A DNA stretch of 20,000 nt from an uncultured virus (IMG/VR IMGVR_UViG_3300015607_002766) (Duplodnaviria; Heunggongvirae; Uroviricota; Caudoviricetes): IMG/VR virus record IMGVR_UViG_3300015607_002766. One strand, written 5' to 3'. The notes under the pieces are model-generated. The model worked only from the letters and a program-made list of their open reading frames with translations, did not search any database and was not told the DNA's origin. Each line of letters begins with the position of its first letter. The first letter of the stretch is position 1. Both the position numbers and the translations under genes were made by a program. Shown here piece by piece: positions 7,145 through 15,829 of this stretch.

Positions 7145-7990
7145 TTATGCTCCTAATGCTTTACTGAATCCGTTTGGACAAGTTGAAGTACAGATTAAAG
7201 TTGCTACAACTGGTGCTACTGCTGCTCCGATTGCGATGCCGACTCCAGCTGGAGTTGCCCAAAGTGCCGCACAATCCAAACTATAATAGATACAGTTAGA
7301 AATTACATTTTTTAATAACTTAGCATTTACAGAACCTTTAACACCTGGTATTAATAAGAAACTATCAACACAAATTTCAGCCATTGTTGTAGCTACTGCC
7401 ATTTTAGCCGCCATATCAGCAGTGTATAATACTGGAGTTGCCATAAATGATAATGAAGTTGATGTAACTGTACCAGGATCACCCGGTGCTGGTTTTGGTG
7501 TAAAGTAAGTAACAACACCTAAAGAGATAGCTGAAGTTAAAGCCAAACGACAAGCATTCTCATCTAACCATTGATAAGCTTCTTCGGCTACGTCTTTAAT
7601 AACCTCAACACCAGCGATAACTTGTTTCTCAACTTGTCTGCTTAGATCGTTAAATTCTTTTGATGTTGTATCTAAACCAGCTTTAGCTAATTCTTCAGTA
7701 CTTTTTAAAACAGTTGCTTGAATTGATTCAGTTCTTTTGATTGTATCATTTGCTAAATCAACGGCATAGTTATAAGTATCTTTTGCGATATCAATAATAT
7801 CATTTGTAGTATCAACGATAGCGTTTCCTACATCATTAGCTGTTTTCTCAATTGCTTTACCAGTGTCATTGGCTGTTTTCTCAATTGCTTTACCGGTATC
7901 GTTCGCACCTTTCTCAATTGTTTTTCCGGCATCTTTAAGTCCTTTCCCAGCACTTTTCAAGCCTTTGTTGATAGATTTTCCTATTCCCAT
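7145..7990 (-). CDS. Hypothetical protein: N-terminal 11-mer amphipathic repeats, C-terminal hydrophobic six-Cys domain
   Basis: GKAIEKTANDT-type repeats; AGVGIAIGAAVAPVVATLIC hydrophobic stretch. Confidence 0.8.
   Translation of the reverse strand: MGIGKSINKGLKSAGKGLKDAGKTIEKGANDTGKAIEKTANDTGKAIEKTANDVGNAIVDTTNDIIDIAKDTYNYAVDLANDTIKRTESIQATVLKSTEELAKAGLDTTSKEFNDLSRQVEKQVIAGVEVIKDVAEEAYQWLDENACRLALTSAISLGVVTYFTPKPAPGDPGTVTSTSLSFMATPVLYTADMAAKMAVATTMAEICVDSFLLIPGVKGSVNAKLLKNVISNCIYYSLDCAALWATPAGVGIAIGAAVAPVVATLICTSTCPNGFSKALGA
7796..7927 (-). repeat. Four imperfect 33-bp coding tandem repeats
   Basis: Encode GKTIEKGANDT/GKAIEKTANDT/GKAIEKTANDV/GNAIVDTTNDI. Confidence 0.8.
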
Positions 7991-8012
7991 TCTTTACTAT
8001 TTATTTTTTGTT

Positions 8013-8040
8013 TATATATTACAGGAGGGAAATCCTGTTT
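8013..8040 (-). promoter_or_regulatory. Promoter matching both TAATATATA and AAAC-N18-TATATA classes
   Basis: Minus strand AAAC-AGGATTTCCCTCCTGTAA-TATATA upstream of ATG 7990; spacer region contains a small hairpin ACAGGA/TCCTGT. Confidence 0.6.
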
Positions 8041-8075
8041 TTTAATAAATAATGTACAAAAATATCTCATTTCTA

Positions 8076-8300
8076 ATGAAATATAAGCCCGGTGATATTG
8101 TTATTAAAAATACTGGTGGAAATAAAATGACCATTTCAGATAAAATATCCGACGGAATCTATAAATGTCTTTGGTTTGTTGAAAGCTCACTAAAAGAGAG
8201 TGTCTTTAAAGAAGAAGAAATTGTTACCTTAAATGAATATAAAAGGATATTAAAAACAGAAGAGCGAGAAGACAAGATTAATCAACTTCTGAATGACTAA
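8076..8300 (+). CDS. YodC/DUF2158-like small protein with shared C-terminal tag (EREDKINQLL); track start 8052
   Basis: MKYKPGDIVIKNTGGNKMTI...YKCLWF...VFKEEEI matches the DUF2158 pattern. Confidence 0.75.
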   Translation: MKYKPGDIVIKNTGGNKMTISDKISDGIYKCLWFVESSLKESVFKEEEIVTLNEYKRILKTEEREDKINQLLND

Positions 8301-9000
8301 TAGGCTTATAATACATTAAGTTAAACTGCCCACCTGAGTAAATTATATAAGAATTATTTTCTATCCAGTCACCACAATTTAAATAGTGAATACCATCAAT
8401 CATTTTATCTTCTGGTTTATGAATATGTCCGCATATTACACCTTTACAACCTCTTTTCTTTGATTGATAAACCAACTGATCTTCAAATGAAGTGATAAAC
8501 TTAACAGCATTTTTAACTTTGTCTTTAGCCCACTTTGAAAGTGACCATTTATAGCCAAGTCTCTTAATCATTCTATCTGTTTTAATTGCTATCTCATAAC
8601 CAATCGAACCAAGCATACCTAACCATCTCATACTTACAATACCGTCATATAAGTCACCATGTACTAAATAGTAGTCATTCCATTGATACTCATCTACAAT
8701 TGTTATATTAGCATCAAACATAATAGGAACATAGTGTCTTAAAAACTCATCGTGATTTCCAGTTATATAAACTACTTTTGTGCCTTTTTTAGAATATGAT
8801 AGAATTTTTCTAATCAAGTTAGTGTAATCTTGAGTCCAGTAATGTCTTCTTTTTAATAACCAACCATCAATAAAATCACCTACAATAAATAAGTATTCTG
8901 GTTCATATTGTTTTAGTGTTTCTAAAACTTCTTTTGCATTACATCCTTTAGACCCGATATGTACATCAGATATAAATAAAGCTTCTACTTTCATTTCCAA
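8278..9000 (-). CDS. LpxH/YbbF-like metallophosphoesterase (UDP-2,3-diacylglucosamine diphosphatase family); start may be 8994
   Basis: FISDVHIG, VGDFIDGW, GNHDEF, VHGDLYD, ICGHIH, YLNCGDW. Confidence 0.88.
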   Translation of the reverse strand: MEMKVEALFISDVHIGSKGCNAKEVLETLKQYEPEYLFIVGDFIDGWLLKRRHYWTQDYTNLIRKILSYSKKGTKVVYITGNHDEFLRHYVPIMFDANITIVDEYQWNDYYLVHGDLYDGIVSMRWLGMLGSIGYEIAIKTDRMIKRLGYKWSLSKWAKDKVKNAVKFITSFEDQLVYQSKKRGCKGVICGHIHKPEDKMIDGIHYLNCGDWIENNSYIIYSGGQFNLMYYKPISHSEVD

Positions 9001-9668
9001 TAATTATAATCTTTTTTATAGAACTCATCATTATTTCTATTGAACCAGCAACGAGTCATTAATTTAACCATATACCAAACCGATTTATTTCTAAATCTTC
9101 TATCAGATGTTATAGCTACATAGCTAAATATTTTAAATTTTTTAGGATCTACTTTCATTGAAAGATGATAATCTTCAGCAAATTTATCTTGTTCATTAAA
9201 GCCACCAAGTTTAATAAACTCATTTCTATCAAATAACATAAATCCACCAACAGCAAATGGAGTTTTATAGGAAATAACTCTTTGAACTAAATCAAATATT
9301 AAATAAGGTATTTTGTAAAATATATTCTTTACAGTTAAAGAACAAGTTGATAACAGATGTTTTTCTGACATCATCTCTATTATCATATCATTTAGATTAA
9401 CTCTTGATATATCCATATCCGCGTCTAAGAATAAAATGTAATCAGTTTTACATAATTTAGCGCCATTATTTCTTGCTATTGAAGGTAATCCACCTTCAAT
9501 TATTAAAACATCTTGGTGGTATTTCTTAATAAGTTGGCGAGTATCATCAGTAGAGCAGTCAGTGACTATAATTTTAAATTTACCTAATGATTTTATTATA
9601 TCGATAGTTTTTATTAAACCCATCGATTCATTTTTACAAGGTATTACTATTGTTAAAAACTTATCCAC
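8991..9668 (-). CDS. Glycosyltransferase family 2 (GTG start)
   Basis: IVIPCKNE, STDDT, ARNNGA, LFLDAD, GGFNE...AEDY. Confidence 0.9.
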   Translation of the reverse strand: MDKFLTIVIPCKNESMGLIKTIDIIKSLGKFKIIVTDCSTDDTRQLIKKYHQDVLIIEGGLPSIARNNGAKLCKTDYILFLDADMDISRVNLNDMIIEMMSEKHLLSTCSLTVKNIFYKIPYLIFDLVQRVISYKTPFAVGGFMLFDRNEFIKLGGFNEQDKFAEDYHLSMKVDPKKFKIFSYVAITSDRRFRNKSVWYMVKLMTRCWFNRNNDEFYKKDYNYWK

Positions 9669-9672
9669 CTAA

Positions 9673-9681
9673 TATATATTA
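9673..9681 (-). promoter_or_regulatory. TAATATATA late-type promoter
   Basis: 4 nt upstream of GTG 9668. Confidence 0.6.
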
Positions 9682-9688
9682 ATAAATT

Positions 9689-9721
9689 AAAAAAACTTAA
9701 TGGATTTTACCATTAAGTTTT
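9689..9721 (-). terminator. Rho-independent terminator
   Basis: AAAACTTAATGG-ATTTTA-CCATTAAGTTTT with A tract, downstream of ORF 9750..10511. Confidence 0.75.
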
Positions 9722-9749
9722 AGTTAACATTTTGTTTTCAAATTGAAAA

Positions 9750-10511
9750 CTACCAATTAATTTCAACTTTCTTAGGTTCTGTATAAAGTGACTTAGAATA
9801 ATAATTATCAAAGATTTCTCTATATTTTTGTTGCCATATCGCAACATCAGGAATACTCATCTCTTCCATCTTACTACCCAAACCAGTTGACATATAAGCT
9901 TGCATCTCATCTGGTAAAACGTGGTCTGCATAACCATACTCAGTGATACATTTATACATCATATCTTTAACTACTGGATCACACTCATCATTCATTTTTA
10001 ACATTTCTGCTTTATACTCTGGTAAAGTAAAATACATAGCGTGAGCAAACTCGTGTTCAAGTAATTCATTGGCTAACTCATCAACACCTAATAAGTAGTA
10101 GTTATGTTCGCCTTCGACTTCTTTAATAGTATTAATAGTGGATATCATCAACTTGTCCCAGTTATTTATCTCATCCTCTGGTATATTAAACATACACTCT
10201 TCTAATACGTTTGATGGTATATTAAAGCCTGACCAATCTGTACCATAAGTAAATTGTTGTTTTCCGTAATGTTGTTTGTAAATATCAACAAATCTTGATA
10301 CCTTAAATTGTTTCCCAATTATTTCATCAAAAGCACTTTCATAGTACTCTTGAGGTCTCATAAACATCAATGCTCTTGTTTGTCTGTCTGGTGACTTAAT
10401 AGCCCATATGTGATCACCACAATGAAATAGTTCAATTTGAGCCGAGAAAAGATCTATCTCAGGTCTCATATTTAGTTCCTCTAAAAACAATTTGTACTTT
10501 TTAATAATCAT
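9750..10511 (-). CDS. HExxH zincin-like protein with capsid-targeting-like leader (MIIKKYKLFLEE)
   Basis: LLEHEFAHAMY and downstream DEMQAY. Confidence 0.7.
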   Translation of the reverse strand: MIIKKYKLFLEELNMRPEIDLFSAQIELFHCGDHIWAIKSPDRQTRALMFMRPQEYYESAFDEIIGKQFKVSRFVDIYKQHYGKQQFTYGTDWSGFNIPSNVLEECMFNIPEDEINNWDKLMISTINTIKEVEGEHNYYLLGVDELANELLEHEFAHAMYFTLPEYKAEMLKMNDECDPVVKDMMYKCITEYGYADHVLPDEMQAYMSTGLGSKMEEMSIPDVAIWQQKYREIFDNYYSKSLYTEPKKVEINW

Positions 10512-10512
10512 A

Positions 10513-11556
10513 TTAATATCTATTTTTTAATGCGTATAGTCTAAGTATATTACTTTGCAATTTTCTACCTGCTCTATTAACTCTACCTTGTATGAACTTC
10601 AAGAATTTATCAACTGACATTGATCTAACTGCCTCACCAGAGATTGTTGGTCTATCTTCACTTTTATCAATTGATTCCTTTCTTCTTTGTATAAGATCGT
10701 TAGCAAATCCATTTTTAATTCTCTTCAACATCATATCAATATCAGCATCCGGATAAACACTTAGAATCTTATCACTAAGCTTTTGTTTAAAAGTTTCAGC
10801 ATCAAACTCAATCATCTTGTTTGAAAACTTCCAAGATGGAGCCTTTGATTTCATCTCTTCAACATCATATCTTTTAACATAAGGAAAAGCATCTTGAGTC
10901 ATTGCGTTTATTTCATGGAGCTCACTCCAATAAACATAAAAACCTATCTCATCATACCATATTTTCCAAATATCTTTTCTTACTTTAGCACGATTGACAT
11001 CTAAAGCATAGGTAACATCTGTTGATACTTGACCTTTACCTTTCCTCATTCTATTCCAACCTTCATAGCCATGATTTAATTCATGAGTTATAGATGATTC
11101 AATCTCAATTGATAATCCTTCTCTGTCTGTAAAAACATCACTTATGATAGCACCAATCTCAAGAACCAAATGAAGTGTAGCGTCAGATCTATCATCTATA
11201 GCAGGTTTTATTTCTGACCCACCCTCTTCACCAATATTATAACATGCTCCAGTTCCTACATACTTTTTAGTGGTTGTTTGAAATCTTTTAACCCAATCTT
11301 CATCAGACATTGTTTTAACTGTGTAAGTAACAGACATTGAAGATATAGGATATTTGGGCCAAATATCACTCTGAATAAAATGACTTAAATCCTCTTGTGT
11401 GTATTCTTGAGTGTGTGAATAGTTTTTATCACCGGATTCTAAAGCTATATCACAATACTTATTGAACTCATCCAATAAAAATTGATTATAGATAAGAGTG
11501 GCTTCGGCTACACCGTGTGCCATTTCAAATAATTGATATGATTTTAAGTGTTTCAT
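10513..11556 (-). CDS. HExxH zincin-like protein with capsid-targeting-like leader (MKHLKSYQLFE)
   Basis: SITHELNHGYE and downstream HEINA. Confidence 0.7.
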   Translation of the reverse strand: MKHLKSYQLFEMAHGVAEATLIYNQFLLDEFNKYCDIALESGDKNYSHTQEYTQEDLSHFIQSDIWPKYPISSMSVTYTVKTMSDEDWVKRFQTTTKKYVGTGACYNIGEEGGSEIKPAIDDRSDATLHLVLEIGAIISDVFTDREGLSIEIESSITHELNHGYEGWNRMRKGKGQVSTDVTYALDVNRAKVRKDIWKIWYDEIGFYVYWSELHEINAMTQDAFPYVKRYDVEEMKSKAPSWKFSNKMIEFDAETFKQKLSDKILSVYPDADIDMMLKRIKNGFANDLIQRRKESIDKSEDRPTISGEAVRSMSVDKFLKFIQGRVNRAGRKLQSNILRLYALKNRY

Positions 11557-11560
11557 TTTG

Positions 11561-11930
11561 TTATATATTAAAATAGATTAAGAACTTAACTGGTTTATAT
11601 TGACTATGACTAGCATTTAAGTCTAACTTAACATCGTAACCAGCATCTATTAATCTTGAGTTAGCAACAAGTATATCTTCAAATATTTGATGCCCCGGTG
11701 TAGTATTTAGATTTATCCTTAGTGAACATATAAGAAACATCATCTGTTGAAAAAGTCCTAATATTAGGATTGTGAGGAATAATAAATCTATTAGCAAAAG
11801 TTGATTTACCAGAACCTGGTAAGCCTAAAAGAATGATTCCAAGTTTTTCTTTCATCCTGTTTATTTCAGGAATTGGATCGTTCTTAGAATACTCTTCATT
11901 GAACTTTTGAAAATTGTTGATAAGTTTCAT
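11561..11930 (-). pseudogene. Interrupted P-loop kinase (AAA_33/zeta-like): 83-aa N-terminal part 11930-11679, then protein-like sequence in the +1 frame to 11561
   Basis: MKLINNFQKFNEE leader, IILLGLPGSGKST Walker A, FSTDD, premature TGA; +1 frame FEDILVANSRLIDAGYDVKLDLN... Confidence 0.6.
11562..11570 (-). promoter_or_regulatory. TAATATATA late-type promoter
   Basis: 5 nt upstream of ATG 11556. Confidence 0.65.
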
Positions 11931-11935
11931 ATGAT

Positions 11936-11944
11936 TATATATTA
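11936..11944 (-). promoter_or_regulatory. TAATATATA late-type promoter
   Basis: 5 nt upstream of ATG 11930. Confidence 0.65.
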
Positions 11945-11983
11945 ATTTTTGACAAACCATTTTATTTTTCAGAAAAGTTTTAC

Positions 11984-11991
11984 TATCTTTG
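11984..11991 (+). promoter_or_regulatory. Bacteroidota -7 promoter element
   Basis: TATCTTTG upstream of ATG 12011; -33 position is TTTA (imperfect). Confidence 0.6.
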
Positions 11992-12010
11992 TGAAATAAA
12001 TATTTAAAAA

Positions 12011-12865
12011 ATGAAAGGCTTCAAAGCATATGACAAAGCTGAGATTTTCAACGTACTTGATAAAATCTCAATTACTAATGAAAACAACCAAGTAATAACT
12101 AGCTACGGTGGTCGTGTTATTAACGTAACAAATGTCTCAAGTCGTTATGAGGTATTTGATATCGTTAAGTATCTTAAAGATAAAATTGAAGCCATTGAAA
12201 AGAATTTCACAATTCATAAGTACTCTCTTGGCATTACAAGAGGTCGTCAATCACTAACACTTATCTCTGATGAAGTTGAAGTTGGTGGTATTAAATTCTA
12301 TAAAACATTTTACATTCTTAACTCAACTGATAAGTCTCGTAGACTTCACTTTAGTGCTGGTCTTCACTCTGATAAGTTTTACTTTATTGGTGCTAACAAT
12401 GTTGGTTTAACTAAGCTACACTTGAAAGGTGTTACTCAAGCCGCTGAAGATGCTTCTGCTGGATTGAATGGTGAAACCTTTGATGAGCAAATTGAGTCAT
12501 TGAACTCTCTTGTTGGACATCGCATTCAATTGTCTAAAATTCGTCAAGTAATTCTTGGCGACAAAGAAGATGTTCCTCAAATCAATCACCGTAAATTTGA
12601 TGCGTTTAAGAACTCAGTTCGTTATGCTGGTTCTGATGGTCAAGTTAGTTTAACTAATGAACAACGTAACCAGTTGTTTATTGAGTCTGAACGATTGACT
12701 ACAATTCAACACGATTTTTATATGGATGCTTTTTGGGCATTTCAAACATATATGAGATTGTTTAACAAACAAGATGCTCATATTATTAAAACAGAGACCG
12801 CTCGTATAATGAATATGACTCAATGGGCTGTTCGTAACAATGTGTTGGAGGCACTTGGTATCTAA
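12011..12865 (+). CDS. Divergent DUF932/DUF945-like protein
   Basis: VSSRYEVFD, YILNSTDKS...FSAGL, KLHLKG, AFWAFQ resemble the DUF932 pattern (VSxxY, LxNSHDGS, H-x-G, W-x-x-F-N) but the usual CxNG is absent. Confidence 0.55.
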   Translation: MKGFKAYDKAEIFNVLDKISITNENNQVITSYGGRVINVTNVSSRYEVFDIVKYLKDKIEAIEKNFTIHKYSLGITRGRQSLTLISDEVEVGGIKFYKTFYILNSTDKSRRLHFSAGLHSDKFYFIGANNVGLTKLHLKGVTQAAEDASAGLNGETFDEQIESLNSLVGHRIQLSKIRQVILGDKEDVPQINHRKFDAFKNSVRYAGSDGQVSLTNEQRNQLFIESERLTTIQHDFYMDAFWAFQTYMRLFNKQDAHIIKTETARIMNMTQWAVRNNVLEALGI

Positions 12866-13083
12866 TGATGAAATTTGATAATGACATATTATTTGAGTTT
12901 CTTCCAGAGGAGGATAAAAAGAACTTCTTAGTATGGGACAGTGCTTTCATAAATATCAGTAGTGAAAGAATAGTTGCTACTTACAGAGCACCATTTGAAG
13001 AAAAGATTTTTATATCTTTGTCTGATTATGATGCAAGAGTAAAACAAAAAGAAAGAGAAAATAAATTAAACACAATACTATAA
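12865..13083 (+). CDS. Small hypothetical protein with shared C-terminal tag (ERENKLNTIL)
   Basis: TAATG overlaps on both sides. Confidence 0.75.
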   Translation: MMKFDNDILFEFLPEEDKKNFLVWDSAFINISSERIVATYRAPFEEKIFISLSDYDARVKQKERENKLNTIL

Positions 13084-13580
13084 TGTTAAGAGAAGATAAT
13101 TCAGGATTTGTTCATTTTCCTCTACCAAATAAAATGATAGACCGCACAGATGGTAAAACATTTGTTTACTTAGTTGCATTTGATTCAGAAGATGTATCAA
13201 ATAAAGCATATGAGTTATCCAATCTTAGATTGGTTAGACCTGGTAATGTTGTATCGGATGATATTAGTCTAAGAATTAGACCCAAGGCTAATATGAGTGT
13301 TGATGAACTAATCAAGAACGGTATAAAAGAACAAGAGTTTGAAAACATTTACTTTCCAAACTCGGAAAATAATGATGAATTCAAATCATTGATTTCAATT
13401 CCAATGACGACTTGTATTTGTATGGGTTGGTCTGAGTACACCTATGAACTAAAAGATGATATGGGATTCTGGTCTGCTAATTTTCGCGACTTAACAAACG
13501 AAGGTAGAAAGTTATACTACTCTATCAAGAAATTGCATAATAACAAAGAAGTGAGGTTGCTAACCTTCAATAACTTTTAA
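13083..13580 (+). CDS. Hypothetical protein
   Basis: 165-aa ORF coupled to upstream gene. Confidence 0.75.
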   Translation: MLREDNSGFVHFPLPNKMIDRTDGKTFVYLVAFDSEDVSNKAYELSNLRLVRPGNVVSDDISLRIRPKANMSVDELIKNGIKEQEFENIYFPNSENNDEFKSLISIPMTTCICMGWSEYTYELKDDMGFWSANFRDLTNEGRKLYYSIKKLHNNKEVRLLTFNNF

Positions 13581-13612
13581 TTTGTTTGTTTCAAAAATAA
13601 TTATTAAATTTG
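13581..13612 (+). promoter_or_regulatory. Bacteroidota primary-sigma promoter
   Basis: TTTG 13581-13584, 20-nt spacer, TAAATTTG 13605-13612, ATG 13629. Confidence 0.72.
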
Positions 13613-13628
13613 TAGAAATAAAAAGAAT

Positions 13629-14999
13629 ATGGCATACGAGAGAAAAACAGTTGATATCATTATATCTGATGAGCTTAGAAAAATTCTTACCGAGTTTGAA
13701 TCTGACTCATTGGTAGCAAGATTACTTCTTAAAAAAAGACATGAAAAGGAGTTACTTGTTGAAAATCCTATTAACTACATTTCGGTTGCACATGATAAAA
13801 CCAAAATCTCATATCTAACTCACGATAGAATTGAGAAGCTTGAACCAAACCAATATTGGTCTTCGTCCCGTAGATTTGCAGCAAGACCTGGTGCATTTAT
13901 TGGTAAAATATTCAAAGACATTTCAGGAAAAGAAGTGGAGAAATTCTCCAACCTTTATAGGTCATACGCAAATAAACCAGAGTTTACATTCAAGGTTGTT
14001 GATGGTGATGATATCTTAACATATTACCACATTTCATCTTACGCTCAAGAAAGAGGTACTCTTGGAGCTTCTTGTATGAAGTATGATAGTTGTCAAAACT
14101 ATCTTGGATTATATACTGATAATTCAGACATTGTTAAGATGCTGGTTATGCTAAATAAAGATAACCGTCTTATTGGTCGTGCCTTACTTTGGTCATTTGA
14201 TAACTATAAAATCATGGACCGTATTTATACAATTGCAGATGAAGAGTTTCTTTTTCAATTCAAGAAGTGGGCTACTGATAATGGTTTTCTCTACAAGTCA
14301 GAACAAAACTGGTATAATACACTAAACTTTGAAAATCTTTCAACACCTAAGAAAGAAATCAAAATTGATATTAAGTTAAATAACTCTAATTTCAGAAGGT
14401 ACCCTTATGTTGATACTTTCAAGTTCTTAAACATATCTGATGGTTTATTAACAAACTACATTCCTGAGGCTGAAGGCTCATTCAGAACTCTCTGTTCTTC
14501 TGATGGTGGTAACTATGACAGTTATTACTTGACATTTGATGATATTGATAGAGTATTGAGACATCCAGGTGACTGTGTTAATCTTAGATATCTAAATGTT
14601 AGAACACATCACAATAATGCAAGATATTCTGAAATTAACGACCAGTACATCTTAGAAAAAGACAGTAAATATGATGAAGAAATTCAAGAGTATATCTTTA
14701 ATGAAGAGTACGATAAGTTCAACAATGTTGAGCGTATAAAAGAAAAAAGAGACTATCTTCAAAAAAGACGTGAAGAGGTTTCTAAACCAAGAACAAAAAA
14801 GAAAATTCCTTCTTTCATTGAGTCATTGATTGGTAGTCAATATGATACCATAAGCGAAGAAGTGATAAACCAAGTTTATCAAAGGATTCATGAAAGAACA
14901 GGTATTCCAAGAGGTTACTTTGTTTACCCATCTGGTGATGAACCAACCATATCAGATATATCTGATGAACAACCAAGAGAAGCAGAACCTACTGAATAA
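13629..14999 (+). CDS. Phage protein of unknown function with SCM / GRALLW / MDRIY / PYxDTF motifs
   Basis: 456-aa ORF; enzyme-like motif set that I recall from uncharacterised phage proteins. Confidence 0.75.
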   Translation: MAYERKTVDIIISDELRKILTEFESDSLVARLLLKKRHEKELLVENPINYISVAHDKTKISYLTHDRIEKLEPNQYWSSSRRFAARPGAFIGKIFKDISGKEVEKFSNLYRSYANKPEFTFKVVDGDDILTYYHISSYAQERGTLGASCMKYDSCQNYLGLYTDNSDIVKMLVMLNKDNRLIGRALLWSFDNYKIMDRIYTIADEEFLFQFKKWATDNGFLYKSEQNWYNTLNFENLSTPKKEIKIDIKLNNSNFRRYPYVDTFKFLNISDGLLTNYIPEAEGSFRTLCSSDGGNYDSYYLTFDDIDRVLRHPGDCVNLRYLNVRTHHNNARYSEINDQYILEKDSKYDEEIQEYIFNEEYDKFNNVERIKEKRDYLQKRREEVSKPRTKKKIPSFIESLIGSQYDTISEEVINQVYQRIHERTGIPRGYFVYPSGDEPTISDISDEQPREAEPTE

Positions 15000-15004
15000 T
15001 CACT

Positions 15005-15026
15005 AACCCTCTAACGAGGGTTTTTT
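15005..15026 (+). terminator. Rho-independent terminator
   Basis: AACCCTC-TAAC-GAGGGTT plus T tract. Confidence 0.85.
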
Positions 15027-15030
15027 ATTT

Positions 15031-15059
15031 TAAACTTTATCACTATTTATCAATAAAAT
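15031..15059 (+). promoter_or_regulatory. Putative phage promoter AAAC-N18-TAAAAT
   Basis: TAAAC 15031-15035, 18-nt spacer, TAAAAT 15054-15059. Confidence 0.55.
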
Positions 15060-15079
15060 AAAAAAATATGTGATGATAG

Positions 15080-15829
15080 ATGATTGATTTGCTTCGTAAG
15101 CAATTAGAATGTTTCAATGATATAAACTTTGAATTTGACCCTAAGCTACACAGATATACATATGAAGGTGAGCCTTTTATATCAGTAACTCGCTTTATAC
15201 AACAATTTCACAAACCATTTGAACAAGACTATTGGTCTAAAAAGAAAGCCGAAGAGGCTGGTGTTCCACAAGATTGGATTTTAACAGAGTGGAAAAAACT
15301 CAATGATTATGCAAATGAAGTTGGTACCGATACGCACCAATGGATAGAAGACTACTTCAATAAAGTTTGGAGACCTATTCCTCTTAATCCTGATGTTTTA
15401 CATCGTATAAATAAATTTAATCATATTTATGCTAAACAACTTTACAAACTTGAACCATTAAAGTTTGAAGTAAGAGTATTCTCAAAGAAGTGGAAGATTG
15501 CCGGGATGATTGACTCTCTTTTTATTTACAGAGGAAAGATATACATTCTTGACTGGAAAACAAATAAAGAATTTACTGATGATAATCATAAAAAAGGAAC
15601 ATATGAAAAACTATTAGCTCCTTTTCAAGACTACTACAAAAATCATCACAATGAATACTCAATTCAACTTTCTATGTATGCTTTGATTTTAGAAGAGTGT
15701 GGATTTCAAGTAGGCGGTGCTTATATAGTACATATAGGACCCGGCGAAGAAGAAGCTCAACTTCACAAAGTTGTTGATATGAGAGAAAATCTAAAATTAT
15801 TCCTAAATGGATCTATATCACAGTCTTAA
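15080..15829 (+). CDS. PD-(D/E)XK exonuclease (Cas4/RecB-like phage type)
   Basis: ISVT, GTDTHQWIE, EVRV...AGMID...ILDWKT, YSIQLSMY. Confidence 0.88.
   Translation: MIDLLRKQLECFNDINFEFDPKLHRYTYEGEPFISVTRFIQQFHKPFEQDYWSKKKAEEAGVPQDWILTEWKKLNDYANEVGTDTHQWIEDYFNKVWRPIPLNPDVLHRINKFNHIYAKQLYKLEPLKFEVRVFSKKWKIAGMIDSLFIYRGKIYILDWKTNKEFTDDNHKKGTYEKLLAPFQDYYKNHHNEYSIQLSMYALILEECGFQVGGAYIVHIGPGEEEAQLHKVVDMRENLKLFLNGSISQS

Noticed and set aside
8278..8300. 23-bp tail-to-tail overlap of convergent genes
   Set aside because: Common in compact phage genomes; no further signal
15080..15829. Cas4 / CRISPR system
   Set aside because: No repeat-spacer array or other cas genes seen, and no four-Cys Fe-S motif; an ordinary phage PD-(D/E)XK exonuclease
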